From the NCBI RefSeq assembly GCF_003334815.1, contig NZ_QOWO01000010.1: DNA of 64,000 nt. One strand, written 5' to 3'. This document shows positions 33,603 to 45,491 of this stretch, piece after piece. The number at the start of each line of letters is the position of its first letter. Positions within the stretch are counted from its first letter, which is position 1. A program made the translations under genes and the position numbers. This DNA comes from Escherichia coli (GTDB taxonomy: Bacteria > Pseudomonadota > Gammaproteobacteria > Enterobacterales > Enterobacteriaceae). The notes under the pieces are model-generated. The model did not search any database. It was not told the origin of the DNA and saw only the letters and a program-made list of their open reading frames with translations.

Positions 33603-34877
33603 TTATTTCCAGCAAATCAGACAGTAATTCTTTTTACCGCGACGCAGTAAGGTAAAACGACCAAACAGACGATCTTCTTCTTTAAAGAAGTATTCAGGAT
33701 CGGACTGTTTTTCACCGTTAATGGTGATGGCATTGGAGGCGATAGTTTTACGTGCCTGACCACGGGAAGGTTGCAGTTCAGAATCGACCAGTGCCTGCAT
33801 CAGGTCTGCGCCCTTTTCCATCTCAACCATCGGTACGCCGTCCTGCGCCAGCTGTTCGAAGTCCGCTTCACTCAGCGCACTCAAAGAACCGCTGAACAGG
33901 CATTCGGTAATACGTTTTGCCGCCTGTAAACCTTCTTCACCGTGAACCAGACGAGTCACCTGCTCCGCCAGTACATACTGGGCGCGCGGTGCTTTACCGC
34001 TGTTTTTATCTTCTTCTTCCAGGGCGTTGATCTCTTCAATGCTCATAAAGGTGAAGAACTTCAGGAAGCGGTAAACGTCGGCATCCGCAGTGTTGATCCA
34101 GAACTGGTAGAATTTGTACGGGCTGGTTTTCTTCGGATCCAACCAGACTGCGCCGCCTTCAGTTTTACCAAATTTGGTGCCATCTGCTTTAGTGATCAGC
34201 GGAACGGTCAGGCCAAACACCTGATTCTGATGCAGACGACGGGTCAGGTCGATACCAGAAGTGATGTTACCCCACTGGTCAGAACCACCAATTTGCAGCA
34301 CCACACCGTACTGTTTGTTCAGACAGGCGAAGTCATAACCCTGCAACAGGTTGTAGGAAAACTCAGTGAACGAAATCCCCTGATCTTCACGGTTGAGACG
34401 CTGCTTAACCGCTTCTTTGTTGATCATCTGGTTAACGGAGAAGTGTTTGCCAATATCGCGCAGGAAGGTCAGCACATTCATATTGCCGAACCAGTCATAG
34501 TTGTTCGCCGCGATAGCAGAGTTTTCTCCACAGTCGAAATCGAGGAACGGGGCAACCTGCTTACGGATTTTGTCCACCCACTCCTGAACAGTTTCTTCGG
34601 TGTTCAGCTTACGCTCGGCAGCTTTGAAGCTCGGGTCGCCAATCAGACCCGTCGCGCCGCCTACCAGCGCAACCGGCTTGTGGCCCGCCTGCTGGAAGCG
34701 TTTCAGGCATAACAATGGAACAAGATGCCCCAAATGCAAGCTGTCAGCGGTAGGATCGAAGCCGCAATAGAGCGCGATCGGGCCTTGCGCCAGTCGCTCT
34801 GCTAACGCTTCCTCGTCCGTCACCTGGGCTACCAGCCCCCGCTCTTGCAATTGTTTAATCAAGTTACTGCTTGCCAT
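33603..34877 (-). CDS. tyrS: Tyrosine--tRNA ligase
   Basis: 424 aa from [14 protein letters not shown]; HIGH-type (HLGH) and KMSKS-type (KFGKT) motifs; track ORF has 4 extra N-terminal codons. Confidence 0.96.
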
Positions 34878-35005
34878 CAAAATCTCCATGTATATAACGA
34901 CTGCACCTTTGCCGGTACACGACTTTTCGCCAGATGCGAAAGAGACATAGAATAAAGTGCCAGAATCAGGAGTACCAGCGATTAAAGCAAGATTTTTGCA
35001 TCTTT

Positions 35006-35662
35006 TCAGGGTGCAAGACGATCAATCTTCCACGCATCATTTTCACGCTGGTACAAAAAGCGGTCATGCAGGCGATGCTCACCACCCTGCCAGAACTCAA
35101 TCTGTTCAAGGCTGACGCGAAAACCGCCCCAAAAGCTCGGCAATGGCACTTCGCCCTGTTGAAACTTCTGCTTCAGCTCCAGGAATTTACTTTCAAGGAT
35201 ACCGCGGGCAGAAATGCGACTGGACTGCTTCGAAACCCATGCACCAATCTGGCTATCACGCGGGCGGCTATGAAAATATTTCATCACTTCGAGAGTCGAA
35301 AGTCGTTCTGCTTTACCGATCACCATCACCTGGCGCTCAAGGGTATGCCACGGGAACAGCAGGCTAACGCGCGGATTATTTTCGATTTGATGTGCTTTAC
35401 GGCTGCCGAGGTTGGTGTAAAACACCATGCCTTTTTCGTCGTAATGTTTGAGTAAAACGATGCGCTGATAAGGCTGACCATGTTCATCCACGGTAGCGAC
35501 CACCATCGCGGTAGGGTCCGCCAGTTTGGCTTCACAAGCCTGAGAGAGCCAACGTTCAAAAAGGGTTAATGGATCGGCGGGAAGATCGCGGCGGCGTAAC
35601 CCGCCTTTGGTGTATTCACGGCGCAGATGCGCGATTTGCTGCAATTCGTCGTTATCAGACAT
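35006..35662 (-). CDS. pdxH: Pyridoxine/pyridoxamine 5'-phosphate oxidase
   Basis: 218 aa ORF, PNPOx fold; C-terminal [12 protein letters not shown]. Confidence 0.94.
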
Positions 35663-35720
35663 GGTTTTCTTTACGGATTGTCAGTGGGTGACGCTATTGT
35701 GCGCCGCCCCTGGAAAAATC

Positions 35721-36050
35721 TCAACGCTGTGGATTTTGTAACTGACAGTTATTCAAGACGATGCGGTCGCGTTTATAGACAGTCGCTTCATCGCCTTTCG
35801 ACCAGAAAACATAGATTCCGTCAGTGTAACGCGCGCCAGAGGCTGAAATGCCCTGTTTGAGATGCAGTAGTTGATTATCGTAAACAAAACTGACCTCCTG
35901 GCGCGGATTATTCAGTTTGACCGTCAACGGTTTTTCATCACACTGGTATTCCAGCGTATCGGTTTGCATGCGCTCAACCAGCTGATTAAAGGCGCTACAG
36001 CCGGAGAGAAGGACCGGCAAAATGATAATTAACAGTTTTTTCATAGTCAT
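35721..36050 (-). CDS. mliC: Membrane-bound lysozyme inhibitor of C-type lysozyme (lipoprotein)
   Basis: 109 aa with lipoprotein signal and lipobox (LLSGC). Confidence 0.88.
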   Translation of the reverse strand: MTMKKLLIIILPVLLSGCSAFNQLVERMQTDTLEYQCDEKPLTVKLNNPRQEVSFVYDNQLLHLKQGISASGARYTDGIYVFWSKGDEATVYKRDRIVLNNCQLQNPQR

Positions 36051-36147
36051 ATCCCGAAGACTTTCCTGGTCTGGAGGGCAATACGCCCTCCCTAACGTTC
36101 CAAGTGTAACGGCAGACGCGGTAAGAAAAATTCAGTTAACTCTGATA

Positions 36148-37257
36148 TCACGGGTTAGCGGGGAAAATAGCCCCCAGTACCGTCTCCTGGCTTGCGCCAG
36201 TGACGGAAGGCAGATTTCCTGGTAATCCCGCCAGCGTCCGCCAGGCAAGCCAGGCGAAAGCCAATGCTTCCATGTCATCGCCACTAATGCCAACGGCATC
36301 GGTGGTGGTGACTTCTGTGCCTGGCAGTAATGCCGCCAGACGCGCCATGAGTAGCGGATTACGACTACCTCCACCACATACCATCAATCGTTCGCAGCCA
36401 CCGCTCAACAAAACTTGTTCAGAAATGGTCACGGCGGTGAGTTCTGCCAGTGTCGCCTGCACATCTCGGGGATCAACACCCGGAAAATGGCGCAAATGGC
36501 GCTCCAGCCAACCATAGTTAAAGTATTCGCGTCCGGTGCTTTTCGGTGCAGGTTGCGAGAAATACGGGTCGCTGAGCATATTTTGCAGCAGTGGGAGAAT
36601 AACTTTACCCGCCCGTGCCCACTCGGCATCTTTATCGTAAGGTTTACCGGCCTGACGCCAGATCCAGGCATCCATCAGCATGTTACCAGGACCGGTATCG
36701 TAGCCCCCAACCGGCTGCCCAGGAATGAGCAGTGACAGATTGGCGATGCCGCCAATATTGAGCACCATTCGTCGCTCGGTTGGGTGAGCCAGCAGCGCAT
36801 GATGGAACGCAGGTACCAGCGGTGCGCCTTGTCCTCCCAAGGCAATATCGCGACGGCGAAAATCACCGACAACCGTAATTCCGGTGCGTGCCACAATTTG
36901 ATTGTTATCGCCAATCTGTAAAGTGTGTGGTGCCACGCCCGTCGGTTCATGCCAGACGGTTTGACCGTGACAACCGATCGCAACTATATCTCTTGCCTGC
37001 AGATTTTGTTCCTTAAGCAAGGCATTGACCGCATCAGCAAAAAGTCGCCCGAGTTGAGTATCAAGCTGTCCAAACTGCGAAAGTGTAAGCTGCTGGCCCT
37101 GGCAAATATCCAGTACAGCCTGTTTCAGAGATACCGGGATCGGCCAACTCAAACTTGCCAGCTGTGCGACCCGGTGTTCATCAATTGTCGCCAACACAAC
37201 ATCAACACCATCAAGGCTGGTGCCTGACATAACGCCAATAAAGCGGCCCGATTTCAT
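36148..37257 (-). CDS. anmK: Anhydro-N-acetylmuramic acid kinase
   Basis: 369 aa [22 protein letters not shown], AnmK family. Confidence 0.93.
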
Positions 37258-37390
37258 AGTTCATCCTTTTTCAATCTGACGTTTGCGCACCACTCAAACA
37301 TAAACTTTTCGTGAATACCATGCGGAATGACCGATTTTTACCGTTGGTAGTAAAACATTATCTTCAAATCAATAATCATCATGAATGTTT

Positions 37391-37407
37391 TGTTTATAAT
37401 TGGTTGA
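37391..37407 (+). promoter_or_regulatory. Candidate PhoP box upstream of slyB
   Basis: TGTTTA-TAATT-GGTTGA direct repeat with 5-bp spacer, about 125 bp upstream of slyB ATG. Confidence 0.4.
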
Positions 37408-37530
37408 TCCTACTTTCATTATGATTTGCTCATATTTGGTAGAACATGTAACCATGGATTCACATATGCCATATACTTTGACCATGAGGGATGCTTGCGT
37501 GGCGTTTCATGGTGAACAGGAGATTTTTCA

Positions 37531-37998
37531 ATGATTAAACGCGTATTGGTTGTTTCAATGGTAGGTCTGTCTCTTGTCGGTTGTGTTAATAACGACACCC
37601 TGTCAGGGGATGTTTATACCGCTTCTGAAGCGAAACAAGTACAGAATGTCAGCTATGGCACCATCGTTAACGTACGTCCGGTACAGATTCAGGGCGGTGA
37701 TGATTCCAACGTTATCGGTGCAATTGGCGGTGCTGTTCTTGGTGGTTTCCTGGGGAATACTGTTGGTGGCGGAACCGGGCGTTCTCTGGCTACTGCAGCA
37801 GGCGCTGTTGCAGGTGGCGTAGCTGGTCAGGGCGTACAGAGTGCAATGAACAAAACGCAGGGTGTCGAGCTGGAAATTCGTAAAGACGATGGTAATACCA
37901 TCATGGTGGTACAGAAACAAGGCAACACTCGTTTCTCTCCGGGTCAACGTGTCGTACTGGCCAGCAATGGCAGTCAGGTGACCGTTTCTCCGCGCTAA
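37531..37998 (+). CDS. slyB: Outer-membrane lipoprotein SlyB (glycine-zipper)
   Basis: 155 aa with lipobox (LVGC) and Gly-rich GxxxG repeats. Confidence 0.93.
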   Translation: MIKRVLVVSMVGLSLVGCVNNDTLSGDVYTASEAKQVQNVSYGTIVNVRPVQIQGGDDSNVIGAIGGAVLGGFLGNTVGGGTGRSLATAAGAVAGGVAGQGVQSAMNKTQGVELEIRKDDGNTIMVVQKQGNTRFSPGQRVVLASNGSQVTVSPR

Positions 37999-38006
37999 AT
38001 AAGTTT

Positions 38007-38034
38007 GCGTGTGGTCAGGTTACTGACCACACGC
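38007..38034. terminator. Hairpin between convergent slyB and slyA
   Basis: GCGTGTGGTCAG-GTTA-CTGACCACACGC. Confidence 0.65.
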
Positions 38035-38044
38035 CCCCTTCATT

Positions 38045-38485
38045 TCACCCTTTGGCCTGTAACTCAATGATATTATGCTCAAGTTTTGCGATGAGCGTAA
38101 TCAGTTGCTCCAGTTCCTCTGCGGAGATGCCATGTAATATTTCCGCGCGGGTTTTGTTAATAACAGCTTCCATTTCGCTGATCAGCGGCTCTGCCTTTTC
38201 CGTCAGTTTAATACGTTTAGCCCGACGATCGCTGGCACAAGTTTGACGCGAAATTAACCCTTTTTCTTCCAGTTGGTCCAGAGTACGGACCAGTGATGGC
38301 TGCTCGATGCCAATCGCTTTTGCCAGTTGAATTTGCGACTGGTCTGGAGGTAACTGATGGATATTGTGTAACGTAACCCAATGGGTTTGTGTTAACTCCA
38401 GCGGTTTCAGGCGATGGTCTATCAGAGCACGCCATATGCGCACCAACCGTGCCAGATCAGAACCTAGTGGCGATTCCAATTTCAT
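38045..38485 (-). CDS. slyA: MarR-family transcriptional regulator SlyA
   Basis: Winged-helix MarR ORF; ATG at 38485 gives 146 aa, but the 144-aa form I recall would start at the TTG two codons downstream (38479). Confidence 0.9.
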
Positions 38486-38679
38486 CTCCTTATAATTAGC
38501 TTGCTAAGATATTATGCGGCTTTTAGAATAGTGTGCAGCAATTGTATTGCTAAAACAAATGTATTGCTGCATTTGGTTACCGTCAGACATATTTTTCAGA
38601 AATTGCGCGTAAATTTTTCGCACTTAAAGAATATTTATTAATCTAACGCAATATATTCGGTCGTAAAGGAATCTACTTT

Positions 38680-38916
38680 GTGAAGTTTATGCTCAATGCA
38701 ACAGGATTGCCCTTACAAGATCTGGTGTTCGGTGCGTCCGTCTACTTTCCTCCGTTTTTCAAAGCATTCGCGTTTGGATTCGTCATCTGGCTTGTCGTAC
38801 ACCGCCTGCTTCGTGGCTGGATCTACGCCGGTGACATCTGGCATCCCTTGTTAATGGATTTATCGCTGTTTGCGATTTGCGTTTGCCTTGCTCTGGCAAT
38901 ACTGATTGCGTGGTAA
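38680..38916 (+). CDS. ydhI: Small inner-membrane protein YdhI (DUF1656)
   Basis: 78 aa, two predicted TM helices; first gene of ydhIJK. Confidence 0.8.
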
Positions 38917-38918
38917 CT

Positions 38919-39776
38919 ATGTCAATTAAAACAATTAAGTATTTCTCAACAATCATTGTAGCGGTAGTTGCGGTTCTTGCCGGATGGTGGCTGTGGAATT
39001 ATTACATGCAATCTCCGTGGACACGCGACGGGAAAATACGCGCAGAACAGGTTTCTATCACCCCACAGGTGTCGGGACGTATTGTTGAGCTGAATATAAA
39101 AGACAACCAGCTGGTTAACGCGGGGGATCTTCTGCTCACGATCGATAAAACGCCCTTTCAGATCGCCGAGCTGAACGCACAGGCTCAGCTGGCGAAAGCG
39201 CAATCTGACCTCGCAAAAGCCAATAACGAAGCGAATCGTCGTCGTCATCTCTCACAAAATTTTATTTCTGCCGAAGAACTCGATACCGCTAACCTCAATG
39301 TTAAAGCGATGCAGGCCAGTGTTGATGCCGCACAGGCGACGCTGAAACAGGCACAATGGCAACTGGCGCAAACGGAAATTCGCGCCCCGGTGAGTGGATG
39401 GGTGACTAACCTTACTACCCGCATCGGCGATTACGCTGATACCGGGAAACCGCTGTTTGCCCTTGTCGACAGCCACTCGTTTTACGTCATTGGTTATTTT
39501 GAAGAAACCAAGTTGCGCCATATCCGCGAAGGTGCACCAGCACAAATTACCCTCTATAGTGATAACAAAACGTTACAGGGTCACGTTTCCAGTATCGGTC
39601 GGGCGATTTATGATCAGAGCGTTGAAAGTGACTCAAGCCTTATTCCGGATGTTAAACCTAACGTCCCCTGGGTTCGACTCGCCCAACGCGTTCCCGTCCG
39701 CTTTGCGCTGGATAAAGTCCCAGGCGATGTCACGTTGGTGTCGGGCACCACCTGTAGCATTGCCGTAGGTCAATAA
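38919..39776 (+). CDS. ydhJ: HlyD-family membrane fusion protein YdhJ
   Basis: 285 aa from MSIKTIKYF; N-terminal anchor plus coiled-coil/biotinyl-like region; track ORF has upstream extension. Confidence 0.85.
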   Translation: MSIKTIKYFSTIIVAVVAVLAGWWLWNYYMQSPWTRDGKIRAEQVSITPQVSGRIVELNIKDNQLVNAGDLLLTIDKTPFQIAELNAQAQLAKAQSDLAKANNEANRRRHLSQNFISAEELDTANLNVKAMQASVDAAQATLKQAQWQLAQTEIRAPVSGWVTNLTTRIGDYADTGKPLFALVDSHSFYVIGYFEETKLRHIREGAPAQITLYSDNKTLQGHVSSIGRAIYDQSVESDSSLIPDVKPNVPWVRLAQRVPVRFALDKVPGDVTLVSGTTCSIAVGQ

Positions 39777-41788
39777 TGAACGCATCGTCATGGTCCTTGC
39801 GCAATTTGCCCTGGTTCAGGGCCACGCTGGCGCAATGGCGTTATGCGTTACGCAATACCATTGCCATGTGTCTGGCGCTGACGGTTGCCTATTATTTAAA
39901 TCTGGATGAACCCTATTGGGCGATGACCTCGGCTGCAGTGGTTAGCTTTCCCACCGTTGGCGGTGTTATCAGCAAAAGCCTCGGACGCATCGCTGGCAGT
40001 TTGCTCGGAGCCATTGCGGCACTGCTTCTTGCCGGGCATACGCTCAATGAGCCGTGGTTTTTTCTATTGAGCATGTCGGCGTGGCTTGGCTTTTGTACCT
40101 GGGCCTGTGCGCACTTCACGAATAACGTCGCGTATGCATTTCAACTGGCGGGCTACACGGCTGCCATCATCGCCTTTCCGATGGTTAATATTACTGAGGC
40201 CAGCCAGCTGTGGGATATCGCTCAGGCGCGCGTTTGCGAGGTAATAGTCGGTATTTTGTGCGGCGGCATGATGATGATGATCCTGCCGAGCAGTTCCGAT
40301 GCTACTGCCCTTTTAACCGCATTGAAAAACATGCACGCCCGATTACTGGAACATGCCAGTTTACTCTGGCAGCCTGAAACAACCGATGCCATTCGTGCAG
40401 CACATGAAGGGGTGATTGGGCAGATACTGACCATGAATTTGCTGCGTATCCAGGCTTTCTGGAGCCACTATCGTTTTCGCCAGCAAAACGCGCGCCTTAA
40501 TGCGCTGCTCCACCAGCAATTACGTATGACCAGTGTCATCTCCAGCCTGCGACGTATGTTGCTCAACTGGCCCTCACCGCCAGGTGCCACACGAGAAATT
40601 CTCGAACAGTTGCTGACGGCGCTCGCCAGTTCGCAAACAGATGTTTACACCGTCGCACGTATTATCGCCCCGCTACGCCCGACCAACGTCGCCGACTATC
40701 GGCACGTCGCCTTCTGGCAGCGACTACGTTATTTTTGCCGCCTTTATCTGCAAAGTAGTCAGGAATTACATCGTCTGCAAAGCGGTGTAGATGATCATAC
40801 CAGACTCCCACGGACATCCGGCCTGGCTCGTCATACCGATAACGCCGAAGCTATGTGGAGCGGGCTGCGTACATTTTGTACGTTGATGATGATTGGCGCA
40901 TGGAGTATTGCTTCGCAATGGGATGCCGGTGCCAATGCATTAACGCTGGCAGCAATTAGCTGCGTACTCTACTCCGCCGTCGCAGCACCGTTTAAGTCGT
41001 TGTCACTTCTGATGCGCACGCTGGTGTTACTTTCGCTATTCAGCTTTGTGGTCAAATTTGGTCTGATGGTCCAGATTAGCGATCTGTGGCAATTTTTACT
41101 GTTTCTCTTTCCACTGCTGGCGACAATGCAGCTTCTTAAATTGCAGATGCCAAAATTTGCCGCATTGTGGGGGCAACTGATTGTTTTTATGGGTTCTTTT
41201 ATCGCTGTCACTAATCCCCCGGTGTATGATTTTGCTGATTTTCTTAACGATAATCTGGCAAAAATCGTTGGCGTCGCGTTGGCGTGGTTAGCGTTCGCCA
41301 TTCTGCGTCCAGGATCGGATGCTCGTAAAAGCCGCCGCCATATTCGCGCGCTGCGCCGGGATTTTGTCGATCAGCTAAGCCGCCATCCAACACTGAGTGA
41401 AAGCGAATTTGAATCGCTCACTTATCATCACGTCAGTCAGTTGAGTAACAGCCAGGATGCGCTGGCTCGCCGTTGGTTATTACGCTGGGGTGTAGTGCTG
41501 CTGAACTGTTCTCATGTTGTCTGGCAATTGCGCGACTGGGAATCGCGTTCCGATCCGTTATCGCGAGTACGGGATAACTGTATTTCACTGTTGCGGGGAG
41601 TGATGAGTGAGCGTGGCGTTCAGCAAAAATCACTGGCGGCCACACTTGAAGAATTACAGCGGATTTGCGACAGCCTTGCCCGTCATCATCAACCTGCCGC
41701 CCGTGAGCTGGCGGCAATTGTCTGGCGGCTGTACTGCTCGCTTTCGCAACTTGAGCAAGCACCACCGCAAGGTACGCTGGCCTCTTAA
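39776..41788 (+). CDS. ydhK: Fusaric-acid-resistance/AaeB-like putative efflux permease YdhK
   Basis: 670 aa with two hydrophobic blocks separated by a soluble region; start overlaps ydhJ stop. Confidence 0.85.
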   Translation: MNASSWSLRNLPWFRATLAQWRYALRNTIAMCLALTVAYYLNLDEPYWAMTSAAVVSFPTVGGVISKSLGRIAGSLLGAIAALLLAGHTLNEPWFFLLSMSAWLGFCTWACAHFTNNVAYAFQLAGYTAAIIAFPMVNITEASQLWDIAQARVCEVIVGILCGGMMMMILPSSSDATALLTALKNMHARLLEHASLLWQPETTDAIRAAHEGVIGQILTMNLLRIQAFWSHYRFRQQNARLNALLHQQLRMTSVISSLRRMLLNWPSPPGATREILEQLLTALASSQTDVYTVARIIAPLRPTNVADYRHVAFWQRLRYFCRLYLQSSQELHRLQSGVDDHTRLPRTSGLARHTDNAEAMWSGLRTFCTLMMIGAWSIASQWDAGANALTLAAISCVLYSAVAAPFKSLSLLMRTLVLLSLFSFVVKFGLMVQISDLWQFLLFLFPLLATMQLLKLQMPKFAALWGQLIVFMGSFIAVTNPPVYDFADFLNDNLAKIVGVALAWLAFAILRPGSDARKSRRHIRALRRDFVDQLSRHPTLSESEFESLTYHHVSQLSNSQDALARRWLLRWGVVLLNCSHVVWQLRDWESRSDPLSRVRDNCISLLRGVMSERGVQQKSLAATLEELQRICDSLARHHQPAARELAAIVWRLYCSLSQLEQAPPQGTLAS

Positions 41789-42310
41789 TTACTTAATTAC
41801 ACCACAGGCATAGCGTTCACCGCCACCGCCCAGCGGTTTAGGTTGATCGGACATATTATCGCCGCCAACGTGGACCATCAGCGCTTTGTCTTTGATTTCA
41901 TCCAGTGATTTCAGACGAGGCGCGATGACGGCATCGGTAGCTTTGCCGTCATTATTGACGACCAGTGCAGGCAGATCGCCTAAATGCCCGGCACCTTCTG
42001 GCCCTTCATGTTTACCGGTATTTTGTGGATCAAGATGCCCGCCTGCGGATTCCGCGGCGCTGGCTTTGCCATCTTTGGTGGCTGGCTGGCAGCTTCCTTT
42101 GGCATGAATATGGAAGCCATGTTCACCGGGGGGTAATGCTTTCAGATCGGGCGAAAACTCCAGACCTTTATCGGTTTCAGTAATGGTGACGCTACCAATT
42201 GACTGCCCTACCCCTTGCGACGTGACGAGGTTCATCTCGACTTTTTCACTGGCAGCTTGTGCGCCGGTTGCAACAACCAGCGCCAGAATAGCCAGACTAA
42301 AACGTTTCAT
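41789..42310 (-). CDS. sodC: Periplasmic Cu,Zn superoxide dismutase
   Basis: 173 aa from MKRFSLAILALVVATGAQA (signal peptide); Cu/Zn SOD His ligands (HGFHIH). Confidence 0.93.
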   Translation of the reverse strand: MKRFSLAILALVVATGAQAASEKVEMNLVTSQGVGQSIGSVTITETDKGLEFSPDLKALPPGEHGFHIHAKGSCQPATKDGKASAAESAGGHLDPQNTGKHEGPEGAGHLGDLPALVVNNDGKATDAVIAPRLKSLDEIKDKALMVHVGGDNMSDQPKPLGGGGERYACGVIK

Positions 42311-42390
42311 AGGACCTCCGTTCATTGTGCATTCCTGAATAAGTGTAAACCAGTGACACATTTTTGAACGGCGGCTATTCCTAAAAGTGC

Positions 42391-43287
42391 TTACGGTACG
42401 TCGTACCCCAGTGCCGCTTTACGGATACGAAACCATTGTTGACGGGTCATTTTCAGTGTTTCTGCTTCGACAGCTGCCCGTACGCGCTCAATTTTACCTG
42501 AACCGATAATTGGCAGCGGCTGCGATGGTAAACGTAATACCCAGGCGTAAACCACCTGTTCAATCGAGCCCGCGTTTAACTCCTCTGCCACCACAGCCAG
42601 TTCATCACGCAGCGGCTGGAAATAATCATCATTAAACAGACGACCACCACCAAGGCAGGACCACGCCATCGGACGAACACGCAGTTGTTGTAGTTGGTCG
42701 AGCGTGCCATCCAGCAGTAACGGCTGATGCACCGGGGATATTTCCACCTGATTAGTGGCAAGGGTAAACGGCAGACGTGATTGCAACAGGGCAAATTGCG
42801 CAGGCGTAAAGTTCGATACGCCAAAATGACGCACTTTGCCGCTCTGATGCAGATGTTTGAACGCGTCCGCCACTTCATCGGCATCCATTAACGGGTCTGG
42901 TCGGTGGATTAACAGCAAATCCAGATGATCGGTCGCGAGATTAATTAGCGACTGTTCGGCGCTCTTAATGATGTGATCGCGGTCAGTGATGTAATGACCA
43001 ATGACGTTTTCTTCACGCGCGGTCGTCGCGATACCGCATTTACTGACGATTTCCATCCGTTCACGCAGGTGAGGTGCCAGTTTCAGTGCCTCGCCAAACG
43101 CCGCTTCGCACTGATAGCCACCATAAATATCAGCATGGTCCACGGTGGTCACGCCGAGATCCAGATGCTCTTCAATAAAACTGACCAGCTGGCGGGCGGA
43201 CATATTCCAGTCCATCAATCGCCAGTAGCCCATCACAAAACGGGAAAACTCCGGGCCTTGCGGCGCAATAGTAATACGCTGAACCAT
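42391..43287 (-). CDS. ydhF: Aldo-keto reductase family oxidoreductase YdhF
   Basis: 298 aa ORF, AKR fold. Confidence 0.88.
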   Translation of the reverse strand: MVQRITIAPQGPEFSRFVMGYWRLMDWNMSARQLVSFIEEHLDLGVTTVDHADIYGGYQCEAAFGEALKLAPHLRERMEIVSKCGIATTAREENVIGHYITDRDHIIKSAEQSLINLATDHLDLLLIHRPDPLMDADEVADAFKHLHQSGKVRHFGVSNFTPAQFALLQSRLPFTLATNQVEISPVHQPLLLDGTLDQLQQLRVRPMAWSCLGGGRLFNDDYFQPLRDELAVVAEELNAGSIEQVVYAWVLRLPSQPLPIIGSGKIERVRAAVEAETLKMTRQQWFRIRKAALGYDVP

Positions 43288-43335
43288 AATCGCTTCCTCT
43301 TATCAGATATGAGAGGAGTATACGCAAGATTAGGT

Positions 43336-43575
43336 TCAAAAGAGTGATGGTTGCTCCGGTTCGTCTGATGACGCTGGCTTATTTGCGCGTAATTTGCGCA
43401 TTAATCGCTGCCGACAAAGGCGCAGCACCTCTTGTTTTTCGCCATCGCTCATTTTATTCCAGTTAAAACGCTCATCACGACTACGAAAACAGCCGCGACA
43501 AAACCCGCGTTCGTCAGACTGGCAAATTCCCCGGCACGGGCTCTGGACGGGAAAGAACTCTAATTGCTCCGCCAC
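43336..43575 (-). CDS. ydhL: DUF1289 cysteine-rich small protein YdhL
   Basis: 79 aa if initiated at GTG (MAEQLEFFPVQSPCRGICQ...); track ORF is extended to an upstream ATG. Confidence 0.7.
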   Translation of the reverse strand: MAEQLEFFPVQSPCRGICQSDERGFCRGCFRSRDERFNWNKMSDGEKQEVLRLCRQRLMRKLRANKPASSDEPEQPSLF

Positions 43576-43647
43576 TTCGCCCTCCTCAGATAAGATTATT
43601 ACCATTATTGAAGCTGTTAATGTCCAAAGTAGCAACTTTGCTTGCAC

Positions 43648-43663
43648 TAGACCGACTGGTCTA
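43648..43663. promoter_or_regulatory. Inverted repeat TAGACC-N4-GGTCTA, candidate NemR operator
   Basis: TAGACCGACTGGTCTA ends 15 bp upstream of the nemR start; TetR-type palindrome. Confidence 0.7.
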
Positions 43664-43677
43664 CTACACTCCAACGC

Positions 43678-44277
43678 ATGAACAAACACACCGAACATGA
43701 TACTCGCGAACATCTCCTGGCGACGGGCGAGCAACTTTGCCTGCAACGTGGATTCACCGGGATGGGGCTAAGCGAATTACTAAAAACCGCTGAAGTGCCG
43801 AAAGGGTCCTTCTATCACTACTTTCGCTCTAAAGAAGCGTTTGGCGTTGCCATGCTTGAGCGTCATTACGCCGCATATCACCAGCGACTGACTGAGTTGC
43901 TGCAATCCGGCGAAGGTAACTACCGCGACCGCATACTGGCTTATTACCAGCAAACACTGAACCAGTTTTGCCAACATGGAACCATCAGTGGTTGCCTGAC
44001 AGTAAAACTCTCTGCCGAAGTGTGCGATCTGTCAGAAGATATGCGCAGCGCGATGGATAAAGGTGCTCGCGGCGTGATCGCCCTGCTCTCTCAGGCGCTG
44101 GAAAATGGCCGTGAGAACCATTGTTTAACCTTTTGTGGCGAACCGCTGCAACAGGCACAAGTGCTTTACGCACTGTGGCTTGGCGCGAATCTGCAGGCCA
44201 AAATTTCGCGCAGTTTCGAGCCACTGGAAAACGCGCTGGCCCATGTAAAAAACATTATTGCGACGCCTGCCGTTTAG
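43678..44277 (+). CDS. nemR: TetR-family electrophile-responsive repressor NemR
   Basis: 199 aa with TetR HTH; inverted repeat operator 15 bp upstream. Confidence 0.92.
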   Translation: MNKHTEHDTREHLLATGEQLCLQRGFTGMGLSELLKTAEVPKGSFYHYFRSKEAFGVAMLERHYAAYHQRLTELLQSGEGNYRDRILAYYQQTLNQFCQHGTISGCLTVKLSAEVCDLSEDMRSAMDKGARGVIALLSQALENGRENHCLTFCGEPLQQAQVLYALWLGANLQAKISRSFEPLENALAHVKNIIATPAV

Positions 44278-44313
44278 CAGGCATTTTTTATCACCAGACG
44301 ACCGGGAGCCTTT

Positions 44314-45411
44314 ATGTCATCTGAAAAACTGTATTCCCCACTGAAAGTGGGCGCGATCACGGCGGCAAACCGTATTTTTATGGCACCGCTGACGCGTCTG
44401 CGCAGTATTGAACCGGGTGACATTCCTACCCCGTTGATGGCGGAATACTATCGCCAACGTGCCAGTGCCGGTTTGATTATTAGTGAAGCCACGCAAATTT
44501 CTGCCCAGGCAAAAGGATATGCAGGTGCGCCTGGCATCCATAGTCCGGAGCAAATTGCCGCATGGAAAAAAATCACCGCTGGCGTTCATGCTGAAAATGG
44601 TCATATGGCCGTGCAGCTGTGGCACACCGGACGCATTTCTCACGCCAGCCTGCAACCTGGCGGTCAGGCACCGGTAGCGCCTTCAGCACTTAGCGCGGGA
44701 ACACGTACTTCTCTGCGCGATGAAAATGGTCAGGCGATCCGTGTTGAAACATCCATGCCGCGTGCGCTTGAACTGGAAGAGATTCCAGGTATCGTCAATG
44801 ATTTCCGTCAGGCCATTGCTAACGCGCGTGAAGCCGGTTTTGATCTGGTAGAGCTCCACTCTGCTCACGGTTATTTGCTGCATCAGTTCCTTTCTCCTTC
44901 TTCAAACCATCGTACCGATCAGTACGGCGGCAGCGTGGAAAATCGCGCACGTTTGGTACTGGAAGTGGTCGATGCCGGGATTGAAGAATGGGGTGCCGAT
45001 CGCATTGGCATTCGCGTTTCACCAATCGGTACTTTCCAGAACACAGATAACGGCCCGAATGAAGAAGCCGATGCACTGTATCTGATTGAACAACTGGGTA
45101 AACGCGGCATTGCTTATCTGCATATGTCAGAACCAGATTGGGCGGGGGGTGAACCGTATACTGATGCGTTCCGCGAAAAAGTACGCGCCCGTTTCCACGG
45201 TCCGATTATCGGCGCAGGTGCATACACAGTAGAAAAAGCTGAAACGCTGATCGGCAAAGGGTTAATTGATGCGGTGGCATTTGGTCGTGACTGGATTGCG
45301 AACCCGGATCTGGTCGCCCGCTTGCAGCGCAAAGCTGAGCTTAACCCACAGCGTGCCGAAAGTTTCTACGGTGGCGGCGCGGAAGGCTATACCGATTACC
45401 CGACGTTGTAA
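44314..45411 (+). CDS. nemA: N-ethylmaleimide reductase (Old Yellow Enzyme family)
   Basis: 365 aa OYE-family FMN oxidoreductase. Confidence 0.94.
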
Positions 45412-45491
45412 TCCAACATTGCGAGCGGCGTAAAGCCGCCGCTATACTAAAACAACATTTTGAATCTGTTAGCCATTTTGAGGATAAAAAG

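Noticed and set aside
33942-34712. 256-aa plus-strand ORF inside tyrS
   Set aside because: Antisense shadow ORF of tyrS.
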